Origin: Escherichia coli
GTDB lineage: Bacteria > Pseudomonadota > Gammaproteobacteria > Enterobacterales > Enterobacteriaceae
Direction: 5' to 3' (one strand)
Length of the DNA stretch: 6,564 nucleotides
NCBI RefSeq assembly: GCF_003334385.1
Contig: NZ_QOWN01000076.1
The position numbers were made by a program, and so were the translations under genes. Positions 6,226 through 6,564 of this stretch are shown here, one piece after another; within the stretch, counting starts at the first letter, position 1, and each line of letters opens with the position of its first letter. The notes under the pieces are model-generated. The model saw only the letters and a list, made by a program, of their open reading frames with translations, had not been told where the DNA came from and ran no database searches.

Positions 6226-6461
6226 TGGTTGCCTCCGGAGCAGTTTGCGGTGATGCCTTTCCCGGGAATGGATTGCCGGTGCGGGGACTGTGGAGCTTAA
6301 TTCCGGTGTTGGTGGCCTTTCCGTTGATTTTATGCCAACAGCCCCCTGTGACTGACAGGCTGCCTCGTCATTCCATTCGTATCTCCAGTAACAGGGGGTT
6401 GTATTGTATTTTATTGTGCCGGTTCAGGTGTGCGTTTCCCGGCGCGTCTGCACCGGCTTAA
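6225..6461 (+). CDS. Possible small protein (78 aa) whose ATG overlaps the paralog B stop (TAATG); low confidence
   Basis: ATG at 6225..6227 overlaps TAA at 6223..6225, with GAGG (6216..6219) 5 nt upstream. The protein is Pro/Gly/Leu/Arg-rich with one hydrophobic stretch (LWSLIPVLVAFPLIL) and could equally be a GC-driven artefact. Confidence 0.2.
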   Translation: MVASGAVCGDAFPGNGLPVRGLWSLIPVLVAFPLILCQQPPVTDRLPRHSIRISSNRGLYCILLCRFRCAFPGASAPA

Positions 6462-6564
6462 CCAAATTCAACAGGGATAAAATAGTGGTAAGCGTACAGC
6501 CTGAACCGTCTGGTCAGAATCTGACGAATTAGACAAAGTGGTGTCCACCAAATAAGTAGTGGGA

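Noticed and set aside
1-6564. tRNA, rRNA, CRISPR array, insertion sequence or integrase
   Set aside because: There are no regularly spaced direct repeats, no cloverleaf-like conserved tRNA segments, and no transposase- or integrase-like ORF. The window edges (1..173 and 6462..6564) are too short to interpret.

Overview
This 6.5-kb window looks like accessory DNA from an enterobacterial integrative element or prophage remnant of the CP4-57 / CP4-6 type, read from the sequence alone with no searches run. I support seven coding regions with reasonable confidence: a DUF3987-domain YfjI-like protein (243..1727 +), a convergent two-gene minus-strand operon of an AlpA-family regulator (2746..2952) followed by an unrecognised 200-aa protein (2049..2651), a small zinc-ribbon membrane protein (4173..4373 -), and a GC-rich plus-strand cluster of a YagK/YfjJ-like protein with HUH and YxxK motifs (4573..5142) followed by two overlapping, clearly paralogous Cys-rich proteins (5396..5803 and 5791..6225). 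The best candidates for an undescribed system are that three-gene plus-strand cluster and the alpA-linked 200-aa protein. Non-coding structure includes a perfect 17-bp palindrome (1787..1826), a roughly 1-kb stretch with no long ORF (3187..4172) carrying three copies of the 10-mer ATACATGAAC, and a palindrome overlapping the ribosome-binding site of the YagK-like gene. I found no rRNA, tRNA, CRISPR array or recognisable transposase. All family assignments are from motif recognition and memory and need profile searches to confirm.
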